This document shows, one piece after another, positions 12,321-25,254 of a stretch of 64,000 nt of DNA. The notes below the pieces were generated by a model. The model ran no database searches. It saw only the letters and a program-made list of their open reading frames with translations, and was not told the origin of the DNA. The position numbers and the translations under genes were made by a program. Numbering within the stretch: the first letter of the stretch is position 1; each line of letters begins with the position of its first letter. This DNA is from Felis catus (Eukaryota): NCBI RefSeq assembly GCF_018350175.1, contig NC_058372.1, positions 75,020,001 to 75,084,000 of the forward strand, given 5' to 3'.

Positions 12321-13998
12321 TGGCATCGTGCTAAATAAGCTACTAAAAGTCTCAATACTGAAAGTAATCTCTAATTTCTACAAACAAGTGAAATTAAAGC
12401 CAAATTAAATATGCTAACATTTATTGCTCTCTTTACAAAGGAAACACAACCCAAAATTTTAGCTTAAGCTTGTCCCCTTTCTTCATAGCTTTTCTAAAAG
12501 CCTCAATGGTGATATTATCATGTTAGTGAATCATGAATGGTGAATATCATTTCAATGAAAATTAAAAGTATACAGCTACTTTGAAATAATGTTTTTCTTC
12601 TATAACTATCCCTACTACTCATAATGTATACACTCGTGAATTATAAGGTGGATACTGAAAAACAATGCTACCTAACTGCATCCAACTCAAAACAAACTAA
12701 AGCAAATGGGTACCCACATACACACACAATAAATGCTAGTGAAGAATTTTCTCTAATATTAATAATCATATACTACCTAATTATTGATGACATCCATCAA
12801 GAGAAGTACACATATGCTTTAACTTACAACCAAAAAAATCTTTTCACGTCAGGATATAATTTTCTCCCAAATAACATTTTTATCAAGTCACAGGAATGCA
12901 AGTGTTAAAAGACCATCAGGAAATGTACAGCTATGTACATTAAGCAACTTAATGTTTCTTTTAGTTGTTTTATTTCCTCTAATATTACACTTTGGTTTTC
13001 AAAACCTTGAGAGAAAATGAATCAAGTTAAACTCCTTGCTCTTCTGAAAGGTTAGCAAGTAAAAGTAAAATCTTTAAAGAGAAAGTTTATAAGAACAAAA
13101 AAGTTCTGAAATTTGGGAGATGTGAAATCTGAAATAAAAAATCATTCACTAAAGGTTTACCAAAACCCACTCCCATGCTATGTTTGGTGTTAGAGATAAG
13201 GCAGCCTCAATGAAACTGCAGACTAGAGGGAACAAGAAATTCTACTAAACAGGATCCCTCTGCAGCCCTGTGAGCGATATGGCAGGGATGCATGCATGGG
13301 GGGCCATCGAAGTCCTGAGAAAGAATGACTAAACTAGGTTTTGGAAGTGAAATTTTAAAAATACGTTAAAACACAGAAACTGCATAAAGGACAAAAAGTA
13401 ATACAGAGAATAGATGAACCTAATGAATTTCAAAGTTTCTCAGGAATGAACTGTGGTATGTATGGGGAGTGGAAGGAAAGAACAGAGGATAGGAAAACAG
13501 GCTGCTTGCATCGCTAGCATACAGAAAAAAAGCACACCTGATAATTTGGGTAAATATTACTGTCATCCTTCCACTCATTTGGGTGACCTCACAAGAAAAT
13601 AAGAGCAATCCCCAAGGCCAAAACAGAAAGAAGATGCAGAAAAACACACGGCAAAGTGATACTGAAGAGCAGGCTGCTTGAGGCCGTGTGTTAATCTGAG
13701 AGGCCAGGAGGCTTAGATTTTAACAGCCCTATGGGGAACAGGAAACAAGGTCTTGAGACTAAGCAAGGTGGCTAGTTGGAATAAAGACCTCCACAGAAAG
13801 CTGGGATCCTCAAAGGGTTACTCCCTTTGTAAAATAAGAAGAAAAAACAAAAACAAAAAAGAACTTCCAGCAAAGGAAGACAAAAGCTCGTCCTACTCAG
13901 TCTAGGTTCTGGGTAAATGAAGGAAAAAGAAGAAATATCTAGGGCTTTTATAACCATAGCTTTTCCCTTGTCCAAGTTGGTGACTCATATTTAGACTA

Positions 13999-14299
13999 CA
14001 GATTCACACTCCTCTATCCAAGACCCTCAGAGCCATATGTGTTTCAGAATTTAGGATTGTTCAGATTTTACAAAAGTAAAATGGTACATACGCCATATAT
14101 TAAGTAACACCCCAGTCTAATCTGGACAGCAGACTATAATACAACAATATTTCTGTAGTTTGTATGTAGTTCAACATACAAACTTTGATGGTAGGAAACA
14201 TAAAGACTGGATAAGGTCAAGTTCTGCTATAAAATGTTTTATAAAAAAGAACTTTGGTATTCTGAGCTTTTTAGACTTCGAATTACACACCTAGACCTG
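13999..14299 (+). mobile_element. MER46C (TcMar-Tigger MITE)
   Basis: TA|cagattcacactcctctatcc...gtgtttcagaatttagg...taacaccccag...gagctttttagacttcgaatt...gacctg; both termini retained. Confidence 0.8.
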
Positions 14300-15107
14300 C
14301 ACTGGATGGGAAACTCCAATAGCAGAAACCACCTTAAGGTGCCCTCAGGACAGTAGCACTTGTGGGATTTGACAGAAGCAAACACAAATCCTCTCTAGGT
14401 TATCCTAAATTTTCAGGATTCCCACATATGAAGTCCAAAATTATAAAACACGTGAGGAAACATTTCACAATAGTCAGTCAGTCAAAAACAGTAGCAGACA
14501 CAGAACTTCATGTAATGGATCTATGAGATACAAATATAAAGTGAGCTGTGTTCCAAATGGTGAATAAACAAAAGAGGAACTCAAAAATGTGAGTAAGAAA
14601 TCTATGTCATCCAAAAAAGAGCAAATTTGAAAAGCTTCAAAAATGAAAAATATTAATGAATAAAATTCGAAACGAAAGGATGAGTAAAAGCAGACACAAC
14701 ATAAAGAGATAATCAATAAACTGGAAGATACCTGAAAAACAAAGCATGCTAAACAGTAAAAAAAAGCATTTGAAACTATAAATGTTATATAAGGATATAA
14801 TGAGATAGAAGAATATAATGAAAAGATTTAGTGTTAAGAGGATAAATAAAAGAAAGCCACATCTAAGAGGAAGGAATGCTTCCAAATTCATTCTATGAGG
14901 CCAGCACTGCCCTGATACCAAACCAGATAAAGACACCACAAAAAAAGAGATCTATAGGCTAGTATCTCTGATGAACATAGATGCAAAAATCCTCAAAATA
15001 TTACCAAACCAACAATACATTAACAAATCATTCACTACAATCAAGTGGGATTTATTCCAGGGATGCAAAGGTTGTTCATTATTTGTAAATCAATGCAATA
15101 TATCACA

Positions 15108-15306
15108 NNNNNNNNNNNNNNNNNNNNNNNNNNNNNNNNNNNNNNNNNNNNNNNNNNNNNNNNNNNNNNNNNNNNNNNNNNNNNNNNNNNNNNNNNNNNN
15201 NNNNNNNNNNNNNNNNNNNNNNNNNNNNNNNNNNNNNNNNNNNNNNNNNNNNNNNNNNNNNNNNNNNNNNNNNNNNNNNNNNNNNNNNNNNNNNNNNNNN
15301 NNNNNN
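15108..15306. other. Assembly gap (199 N) inside L1
   Basis: Run of N. Confidence 1.
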
Positions 15307-15958
15307 CCTAAGATTAGGAACAAAATCATGTCCATTCTCACCACTTTTATTCAACATAGGTCTGGAAGTCCTACTAGCCACAGCAGACAAGAACAAGAAA
15401 TAAAAGCATTCAAAATTGGCAAGGAAGAAGTAAAACTTTCACTATTTTCAGATGACGTGATCTAGAAAACCCAAAGATGTCACCAAGAAACTACTAGAGC
15501 AGGTAAATGAATTCAGTAAGGTCACAGGATACAAAATCAAAATACAGGAATCTGTTGTGTTTCTATATAGTAATAATAAAGTAGTAGAAAGCGAAATTAA
15601 GAAAACAATCCCATTTACAATTGCACCAAAATAAATACATAAATAAAATGCCTAGGAATAAACTTAACCAAGGAAGTGAAAGACTTGGACTCCGAGAACT
15701 ATAAAGTACTGATGAAAGAAATTCAGGATGATACAAAGAAATGGAAAGACATTCTATGCTCATGGCTTTGAAGAATATTGTTAAAATTTCTATACTACTG
15801 AAAGCAATCTACAGATTTAATGAAATCCCTACCAAAATACCAACAGAATTTTTCACTGAACTAGAACAATCCTAAAATCTGTACAGAACCACAAAAGAAA
15901 AAAGAAAATCCAAATAGCTAAAGCAGTCTTGAAAAACAAGAACAAAACTGGAGGGATC

Positions 15959-16088
15959 NNNNNNNNNNNNNNNNNNNNNNNNNNNNNNNNNNNNNNNNNN
16001 NNNNNNNNNNNNNNNNNNNNNNNNNNNNNNNNNNNNNNNNNNNNNNNNNNNNNNNNNNNNNNNNNNNNNNNNNNNNNNNNNNNNNNNN
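15959..16088. other. Assembly gap (130 N) inside L1
   Basis: Run of N. Confidence 1.
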
Positions 16089-18194
16089 AATTAATTTCCA
16101 ACAAAGGAGGCAAGAATATGCAATGGGAAACAGTCTCTTCAACAAAACGTGCTGGGAAAACCGGACAGCTACATGCCAAAGAATGAAACTGGGACACTTT
16201 GTTACACTATACACAAAAATAAATTCAAAATGGATTAAGGACCTAAATGTGAGATGTGAAGTCATAAAAATCCTAGAAAAGAGCACATGCAGTAATTTCT
16301 CCAACATCAGTTACAGCAATATTTTTCTGATGTGTCCCCTGAGGCAAGGGAAACAAAAGCAAAAATAAACCATGGGACTACATCAAAATAAAAAGCTTCT
16401 GCATAGTGAAGGAAACAATAAAACTAAAAGACAGCCTACTGAATAGGAGAAGATATTTGCAAATGACATATCTGAATAAGGGTTAGTAACCAAAATCTAC
16501 AAAGAATGTATATAACTCAGAACCAAAAAAAAGTCAAATAATCTAAGTAAAAAATGGACAGAAGACATGAACTGACATGTCTCCAAAGAAGACACGTAGA
16601 TGGCCAACAAACACATGAAAGATGCTCAATATCACTTCTCATCAGGGAAATACAAATCAAAACTATAGTGAATATCACTTCATGCCTGCCAGAATAGCTA
16701 AGCCAAAAACACAAGAAACAGTGTGTTGGTGAGGATGTGGAGAAAAAGGAACCCTCTTGCAATGTTGGTGGGAATACAAACTGGTACAGCCATTATACAG
16801 TATGGAGATTCCCGGAAAATAAAAAATAAAACTATCATATCATCCAGTAATTCCACTGCTGGGTAATTACTCAAAGAATATGAAAACGCTAATTAAAAAA
16901 GATATATACATCCCTATGTTTACTGCAGAATTATTTACAATAGACAATTTATGGACATAGTCCAAGTTTCCATCAATAGATGAATGGGATTAAGAAGATG
17001 TGGTATACACACATACGCACACACAATGGAATATTACTCAGCCATAAAAATAATGAAATCTTGCCATTTGCAACACCACAGATGGATCTAGAGAGTATAA
17101 TGCTAAATGAAATAAGTCAGCTTGAGAAAGTCAAACGCCATATTATTTCACTCATATGTGGAACTTAAGAAACAAAACAAAGAACAACAACAAAAAAGAA
17201 ACCAAAACATAGAGAGGAAACTGATGGTTATCAGAGGAAAGGTGGGAGCAGATGAGTGAAACAGATGAGGAGGATTAAGAGTGATGAGCACTAAGTAATG
17301 TATACAAGTGTTGAATCACTATATGGTACCTGTGAAACTAAAACAACACTGTTATATTAACTATACTGAAATTAAAATTAAAAAAAAAAAGCTACATGTA
17401 TACACATATGCACTACAGCAGGACAAGACAAACAAGATTTTAGAAGCTGCCACAAGTACTAAGAGATTACCTAAAGACATGTGGACTCATAGATGACTTC
17501 TTACAAGGAACAACAGTAGCCAAAAGAGTGAAATTATGTTCCAAGGAAAAACAACTATATATAAACTATATAGAAAAAAATATAGATATATATAAGATAT
17601 ATGAACTATCATTCAAAAATATGGACAAATTTATCTTTAGACAAAAATAGAGTTTACTACTAAAGAGCCTCACTTAAGGAGCTTTAAAAGGATATAGTTC
17701 TGGAAAATCTTAGACATAATGAAGATTCGAATGGTAAAGTCAAGGAGGGTTTACCTGCATAAACACTGCCTGTATCAAATAATAATGTCTAACTTTGGGA
17801 GTTAAAACTATGGTAGAATTAAAACACTAGCCAACATAGCATGTAAGTGAGAAGTGGGTGACTGAAGTTTCTAAATTTCTCTTCTTTAGGAGGAAATAAA
17901 AAGATACTGTTCTACTTTAGACTTTAAGTAGACATACTACATTTTTAAAGGTGATCATGAAAAGAAACAGAAATAATATGTATTTTAAGCTTTCAAACTA
18001 TAGAAAGAGAAAGTTGGAATTAAAGCACAAACTGAAGTAAATGAAAGGAGGGGGCAAAAAACAATCGTGGAGAACTGGTAAGGGCAAATCACTAATGGTC
18101 ATGTCCGTTGTTATGGTGGTGGTAGTGGCAGTAATGGTACAAGTAAGGGCAACAGTAGCACCAACAGCGATTGTACTAGAAACAGTGGTAGTCA

Positions 18195-18320
18195 TAACTG
18201 ATGTTCAGTGCACATTTGTGAGTCAAGCTCTGGGCCAGGTATTTCACATGCATTATATCTCACCAAAGATAACACGTAGGTAACATTACTCACCTTTGTT
18301 TTACAAATGAGGTTTGTAAC
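18195..18320 (-). mobile_element. MIR fragment preceded by a GTG/GTA-rich low-complexity tail (18090-18195)
   Basis: tttcacatgcattatatctcacc...gtaggtaacattactcacctttgttttacaaatgagg. Confidence 0.6.
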
Positions 18321-18779
18321 TGATTTAAACCAAGGCAGAAACAGTTAAGAAGGACATTTCAGAGAGTTTTTTTTAACAACTGATCACTGACTGGATGTGA
18401 CAGATGAGGGGAAACTCTCAAATTAGTGGCTTGGCCAATTCGGTGGGCAATGCCTGGAACCTAACAACAATCCTAGTTGTTCACACTTGGGTTAAGCCAA
18501 AGACACAGGATATCCAAAGAGGGGTAGACTTGTGTTTGTTTTCTTTGGAATGGTGAGCTTCTGTTTCAAGAAGCTTGGTTGTGAAAGAAAGGCAAGGGAC
18601 AACAGGTTGGCTGCTGGAAGAGGTCATAGAATCCAAGGAGGGCTGTGTGTCGGTGACCTTGTTTTAAATGGAGATACTTGAAAATGCTCATGAGAGAGAT
18701 AGGAGGAGAGGTTAAAGATACAGATGACAGAATAACTGATACAGAAAGGAGGAGAGTTATCATTTAAAATAAAAGTGCT

Positions 18780-19013
18780 GGGGCGCCTGGGTGGCTCAGT
18801 CGGTTGAGCATCCGACTTCGGCTAAGGTCACGATCTTGCGGTCCGTGAGTTCAAGCCCCGCGTCAGGCTCTGGGCTGATGGCTCAGAGCCTGGAGCCTGC
18901 TTCCGATTCTGTGTCTCCCTCTCTCTCTGCCCCTCCCCCGTTCATGCTCTGTCTCTCTCTGTCTCAAAAATAAATAAACGTTAAAAAAAAATTTTTTTTT
19001 AAATAAAAAAAAA
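18780..19013 (+). mobile_element. Young felid CAN-SINE (SINEC_Fc-like)
   Basis: Full head with A/B boxes, CT tract, A tail; perfect 15-bp TSD taaaataaaagtgct. Confidence 0.97.
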
Positions 19014-19527
19014 TAAAATAAAAGTGCTAACCCTGGAAGAATAATTAATGATCAGGCCAAAAAGCAAAACCACACAAAGTAGACAAAAATGCAGCTTCTC
19101 TCTTGAGTAGCCAGGAATGGCATATCACAAAATCCTTTAGAAAACATTAAATCCTTAAAGATGCACAGTAGAGACAGTTTATGTACACATGGGAAGGCAG
19201 GAGGGATCCTCACACATTTGGAACAAATGAAGAGAGAGTAGGAACCCAGGTGTAAAAAGGCTGTGGGGTTTTGGGTACAATTCTCTCTCTGGTTTGGGCT
19301 GTCATCAAGTTACTCCTAGGAACACTCCATCCTGTCTTATAGGTCATCATGCAACTGACACTGGGTATGCCATTCTACTATTCTCTCCTTAATGAGAAAC
19401 AAAGCATAGACCACATTACATAAACCCCTAAGAAAAAAGACAGCCAACATTTCCCTTCACAAGGAAATGGTGTTTCTCTGTAAAAAGAGTTTGCAAACAA
19501 GGTGGAACTGAATAAACATATTTTTGT

Positions 19528-19550
19528 ATTTTTTTAATGTTTATTTATTT

Positions 19551-19582
<32 letters not shown>

Positions 19583-19731
19583 CAAGCGGGGTAGGGGCAG
19601 AGAGAGAGGGAGACACAGAATCTGAAGCAGGCTCCAGGCTCTGAGCTGTCAGCACAGAGCTGGACGCAAACCACAAGATCATGACCTGAGCCAAAGTTGG
19701 ACGCTCAACTGACTGAGCCACCCAGGCGCCC
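19528..19731 (-). mobile_element. Felid CAN-SINE
   Basis: Head caggcgccc, (GA)n, TSD tgaataaa(c/t)at. Confidence 0.95.
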
Positions 19732-20439
19732 TGAATAAATATTTTTTAATGGAAAGAAATGGGGCTTTTCAAATTATTTAATTGAACTATGATTATATTT
19801 GAAGGCTCACTTAATAGCAGCTGGCTCAGGAGTTGAGCCACCTAAAATACAACTCTGTTAAGGAAAGCATCCTAGGCTCTCAGGGGAAAAGGTCATATGT
19901 CACTTCTGACCTTCTTCACAAAGTTACGGAAACCTAGATAAGCTCCAAGAACATCCCATCCCAGCATCAATCAATCTGAAAAGAGGAGGTAAGATATTTG
20001 AAGGATATTTATTTGTGAAAAGCTAAGAGATAGATCCATAGCAACTGAGTGCACAGATTAAATTATAAGACTTCAGCAGCCATTTATTAAACATTAAAAC
20101 TAATATGGCAATGTATCAAAAATCTAGATTTTAATCTAAAATACTACAAGCTAATATTGCAATTAATATATACATTTGCCTACTCTTACATAATTTTATT
20201 TTTTTCTATATATACAAGTTTTGCAACTTTTAAAAAATTGTGAGTTACCAATTATATACTGGTTCTAAGAAAGTATCTGCTAACTACAGTGATCACCAAA
20301 GGAGAAAAAAATATCCAAAGTGACCCAAATAGAATATTATACCATAAAAAAAAAAAGATTTCTCTGAAAATTTGGAAGTAAAAAGATCCAGGAAAAAACA
20401 GTTGATATAAAGCCTGCTTAACTATTTTAAGTCATTGTT

Positions 20440-20662
20440 TTTAAAAAATTTTTTAAATGTTTTTATTTATTTTTGAGACAGAGAGAGACAAAGCATGAGC
20501 AGGGGAGGGGCAGAGAGAGGGGGAGACACAGAATCTGAAGCAGGCTCCAGGCTCTGAGCTGTCAGCACAGAGCCTTGATGCGGGGCTTGAACTTACAGAC
20601 TGTGAGATCACGACCTGAGCTGAAGTCAGATGCCCAGCTGACTGAGCCACCCCAGGCACCCC
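20440..20662 (-). mobile_element. Felid CAN-SINE
   Basis: Full length; TSD attttaagtcatt. Confidence 0.95.
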
Positions 20663-22202
20663 AATTTTAAGTCATTTCTAAAGCATGCTCCTTACTATTA
20701 CCTGAGACTCTTTGCCACTCTTCTGCTTTTCCTGCTCCTGCCAGCCCCCAAACCTCACATGATCTCTCCACCCTCTCCCAGAATGCTGAGTGTTGTCTGG
20801 GAACATCGCAGGACCATACAGATTGGCGTCTTTACAGATTTACTGTATAAATGATCATCGACTCGAACGCTTTTTCAGAAGTGATTTCCCCCGGCTCTTC
20901 CTCACTGCCTAAAAAATACTATCTCCTCCATCTCCACACCTAGACTGGGTCTTCTGGTGAAATCAAGGAGGAATGGAGCGTGCCTTGGTACAGAAAAATG
21001 AGAGGGTGTATTTAGTCAATAACAAATAGTGAAATGAGAACAAGCTAAATATGTTACAGCAAAACAGAGTACACTTCTCATGTTGAAAGTTACTCTAGTG
21101 TTCAGTAAACTTTTATACATCGATCCTATTAATTTTATTCAGTAGTCTTTATTTTTTTGGATCTATGCACTATAGAAAGATTTTTTTCAGTTATCACAAG
21201 TATAAATATGGTATCAACTGAATTAGCATGCAAATAGCATTTCTATAAATCAAAATATATTTTATTTATACTAAGCAAGCTTCTGTAAAGCAAATAAACT
21301 TTTAAGGTTAAATTTTCATTATATATACTCACAATATGTCTTATTTGCAGGTATTTTATGAATAAAATTAAAACAGTAGGAATCTTGTGGTAATTTGCCA
21401 ATATTTGCCTTGAATCAAAACATAATCCATATCTCCCACTACTTTTATAGATATTGTAATAAGAAGTAACATCTTTTTCTTAATTTGGGAGGATAGAACT
21501 CATTTCTATAATGACAGTCAGTATCCCTCAAACATAAGATTCAGAACTCGAATCACTTGTTCATTATGTAGCATAAGCTCATTATTAAAAACCCTCAAGA
21601 TGTTTAAAATGGAAAAAAATTGCATTATTGATACCCAATTTGGCTTTTCATGAGGTTTGGTTTGATATAAATGTCTATGTTTAAATTTTGATAATGTTAA
21701 ATAGGGTTTTTTAACCACAGGACATATATAGAAGTTGTTTGTAAGAGCTATTAACAGAAATGAATATTAGGCTGCCAAACTTTCCAAATTTCTCCCTGCA
21801 GGTGTTACATGGGCCGATTCTATTTTTTGGTTGTTCTTTAACTGTGATACAGCACTTGGGCAGATACTAGGTGCCCTACTGGATCTTTTTATTATTTGAC
21901 TTGGGCAGGCCATCAACTACAAAACAGAAAAGGAAAAGCAACTGAAATACACAACAGTTGTAACCAAAAGTTAAATACTTGCTGAATCCTGGATATTTCA
22001 TGTGTTACCAAATAGGTACAAAAAGTTACAAAGAAAAGGAAACAAAGATGTAAAAGGGACCCAGAAAAACTAATGTAAAACTAACATTGGTCAAGTATTT
22101 AACTTTCACGTGCAAGGAGCAAGATTATTATAGCAGAGTATGGAATAAAAGTTTTACATAATTCAAACATACCTTAAAGTATATATTATAAAATATTAAT
22201 TT

Positions 22203-22419
22203 ATTTTTCAATGTTTATTTTGTGAGAGAGAGAATGTGCACGCATGCCCTCTCACAAGTGGGGGAGGAGAGAGAGGAAGAGAGAGAATACCAAGCAAGCT
22301 CCATGCTGTTAGCACAGAGCCTGACGCAGGGCTCGATCTCATGAGCAGAACTGTGAGATCGTGACCTGAGCCAAAATCAAGAGTTGGACACTTAACCAAC
22401 TGAGCCACCCAGGAGCCCC
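22203..22419 (-). mobile_element. CAN-SINE
   Basis: Full length; TSD aatattaattta. Confidence 0.95.
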
Positions 22420-25171
22420 AATATTAATTTACTTTAAATTCAATAAATATCTGCTGATTATGGTGAAGCTTTTTCTGAATATATTTTTCCTCTAAGAAAC
22501 TTACTGTTACTGAAAAGGGGGGAAATCTGAGACTATATGCCTAGAGTTTCTTTATCTCCACCTTCGCTCTGCCCTCAGATGTTAACAAATCATTCCTTTA
22601 AATGTTTAAATCACATACCATTAAGCATCATTTTATAAACCACTAGAATTAACCCTAATTTTCTTGGCCTATCAACCCAAACAGAAAAAAAATCATATTT
22701 TAAACCAATACTTTAAATAATATTCAGAGCCTATTCCATTAATCCAATATCTGCAAAAAAAAATCACAAAACCATAAACTTTAATATTATAACCTTCCAA
22801 CCTAAATTCCAAACTAAAAAGTTATACACAAATCAAGCTAATTATTTTTTTTTTGTTTCCACTCTACATTATGCTCTTTTCCTCCCAACTACTATTTAAT
22901 ATTTTCAATACTAAAACATTACTTAAGAGTGCTTCAATGCCTATAGGGAAACTTAGTTATGTGTTTGCATGTCCTAATAATGGATGTGACTCACTGTTAT
23001 AACTGTTATGTTACCGAAAACCTGTGAAAAAATTGCTAAGGTAGTCTACTATTATTTAAAGGAACTTCACAAGGAATTCCAAGTAAAATGCCCTCGTAAA
23101 ATGCATATAAATATAACAATATTTTTATACTCAAATTTTCCATGTCATTTTTTCTTAAGATAGGACATATCAATAATGTGATATCTATCTTTCCAAATTT
23201 TGCCCTAAGGTTGTATTTAAGTGCAGCTCTTTTATTTTATTACTTATTCAAAAACTAAAATGTTAAAAAGAAAACTAATACTGTTCAGTGCTTGCCTTTT
23301 GCTCATTTTTTTAAGTGACCAAATTCAAAAGTCTTCATGCATACCATAGAGATTTGCAATAGAGCATGGGTTGTGCTGCATGATTTCACACAAAGCCATA
23401 CAAACAGGATAGGTGTTTTGGAGATTAACCATTCAGGCTAATACTGTTCCTCCCCACAGCCCCCACAGAAAATATTACTCAATAAGCCACAGACAATAGT
23501 TAAGTGCAGTGGTTAAAAGCTGTGAAAGTTAATTACCTTTCCTGAACCTGTTAAGCAGCAATAAATTAATAATGTAAAGCCCAGTACCTGGCATATACTA
23601 ACTGCTCAATAAATGTTTAGCTCTTATGATTATTCACACTAATTCAATACCAATTCCTGCTTCATCTGCTTCCTAAATACAGAATCTCCCCCTTATGTTC
23701 CACATCTTCAAAATCACCCCACTCAGTAACATATGCTGGAGATACTGGAAAACCTCCCACCTTGAAAATTTTTAAGAGACTTTTCCAGATCTAAAATACT
23801 AAGGCGACTAAATATTTAGATATGGAAAAGTGGGTCTTTATCTGAATAATGTTTTGATGAAATGCTCAAACCTGTGAATGTTTATGATATGTATCAATAT
23901 ACTGATCTATCATTTCCATAGCATTTAGCAAATCAATAACCTGTAACTTCTTTATTAATGAATATTTGCTAGACTGACACATACCTTTAAGACATGAGTC
24001 ATCTTTCCAGAGTTGGGGAAACTGATGGAAAGATGGCTAAATGATTCAGCATGCTGCAGCAAAATGAGCTGGTCATGAATTTATAATTTCCACTCCTGTT
24101 AGGTGCCCTGGCCCTGGTGGCCTCTTCCATCCTGCACTGCACATATAACACATGATACCATAATCAACAAATTTTGTTAGAAACTCCTCCAGGAAAGGGG
24201 TAATGGTGTTTTCCCCTCAGACAAGCTTCTAGAAGCAAAATTATTCAGTTCTGTGACACAACAGCTTCACAAGCCTGGATGACCCTCACAATGTCCAGCT
24301 GTATGCTTCATCAAGCTGTGCTCATACAGATAATAGGACTAAAGTCAATTCTAACACTGGTGCCATTTTCTCCGCTGCACAAGGCAGACACTGGGGAAGG
24401 CCTGAAGCAAAAGAAACTCAGAAAATGGGCAAAGGAAGCTAGATAGGAAATGGGTATGGCTATAGTTGTGTCTATTATGCCAGCACTGACCTTTATCAAC
24501 AAACATCGTAACAGAGCAGTTCCTAAGCAGGTCAACGAGACTGAACAGCTAGAGCTGAATCAGCTAGAGGACATGTGCTGATGGAGCCTTACCTATAAAG
24601 AGTCTCAACACCTAAACCCAGTGAGTGCCTTTTTCTAAGTCCCTGTTTGTCTTTCAATAACTAAGTATTTACAGCGTTAATCATGTGAAAATTTTATATC
24701 AGATTCTAAACTGGATTAAAGCTGTTTTCCATCAAATAACAAATATAAAAAGAAAGCATTATGAATGAAACGTTTTCATGTAAAAGTGCACCATCACAAA
24801 TGCTGGAAAAAGCACATCCATTTTGTGACCACAGCAGTCATTCTGACCAGCAGCTTCCGAGAATGGGACAAAGAAGTGTGCCAGGATGTGTAAAATGAAA
24901 TCTCCATGATCTCTGAAGTTCAATTTCCTCATTCAATAGCTTGAATTTATTTCAGTTTGGTGTGGTTATGTACAACACACACTCACTCACACTCACACAA
25001 AACCTCAGCAGCCACAGTGAAAGAGATGACACTTTTAAAATGTATTTAGAAAACTAGGGTGATAAATGTGACCTTTTATAATTTCATCTTTTTCTTTTTT
25101 GGGGGTGGGGGAGGGTTATGACTGTTCAACCCCTGATTTCCTATAACCTGGATAAAGGAGTGGTGTGTGGA

Positions 25172-25221
25172 GAAAGAAAAGAAAAGAAAAGAAAAGAAAA
25201 GAAAAGAAAAGAAAAGAAAAG

Positions 25222-25252
<31 letters not shown>

Positions 25253-25254
25253 GA
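25172..25254 (+). repeat. (GAAAA)n pentanucleotide microsatellite, about 15 units
   Basis: Directly visible. Confidence 0.98.

Larger units (their letters stand above)
14866..17390 (+). mobile_element. 5'-truncated carnivore-age L1 (ORF2 RT to 3'UTR and polyA), disabled
   Basis: Starts in ORF2 ([12 protein letters not shown]...); [15 protein letters not shown] and [13 protein letters not shown] motifs; frameshifts; polyA ending 17390; TSD aaagccacatcta / aaagctacatgta. Confidence 0.95.
13500..18070 (+). mobile_element. HAL1/old L1M element (5' region, ORF1 relic, 3' region) hosting nested MER46C and L1
   Basis: aaagctgggatcctcaaagggttactccc and gacagaagcaaacacaaatcctctct are HAL1-like; the ORF1-like text continues across the nested L1 (aaagccacatcta|tacacat...gatgacttcttacaaggaacaac...gaactatcattcaaa). 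Confidence 0.6.

Noticed and set aside
14866-17390. Functional L1 ORF2
   Set aside because: 5'-truncated with multiple frameshifts and stops
17998-18283. Thr-rich/Val-rich mucin-like ORFs
   Set aside because: Decayed GTG/GTA low-complexity tail of a MIR
18780-18860. tRNA-like sequences with A/B boxes
   Set aside because: They are SINE heads followed by CT tracts and A tails, not tRNA genes
18791-18973. Recurrent MAQSV.../MVQLV... ORF family across the window
   Set aside because: These are translations of CAN-SINE copies, not a gene family
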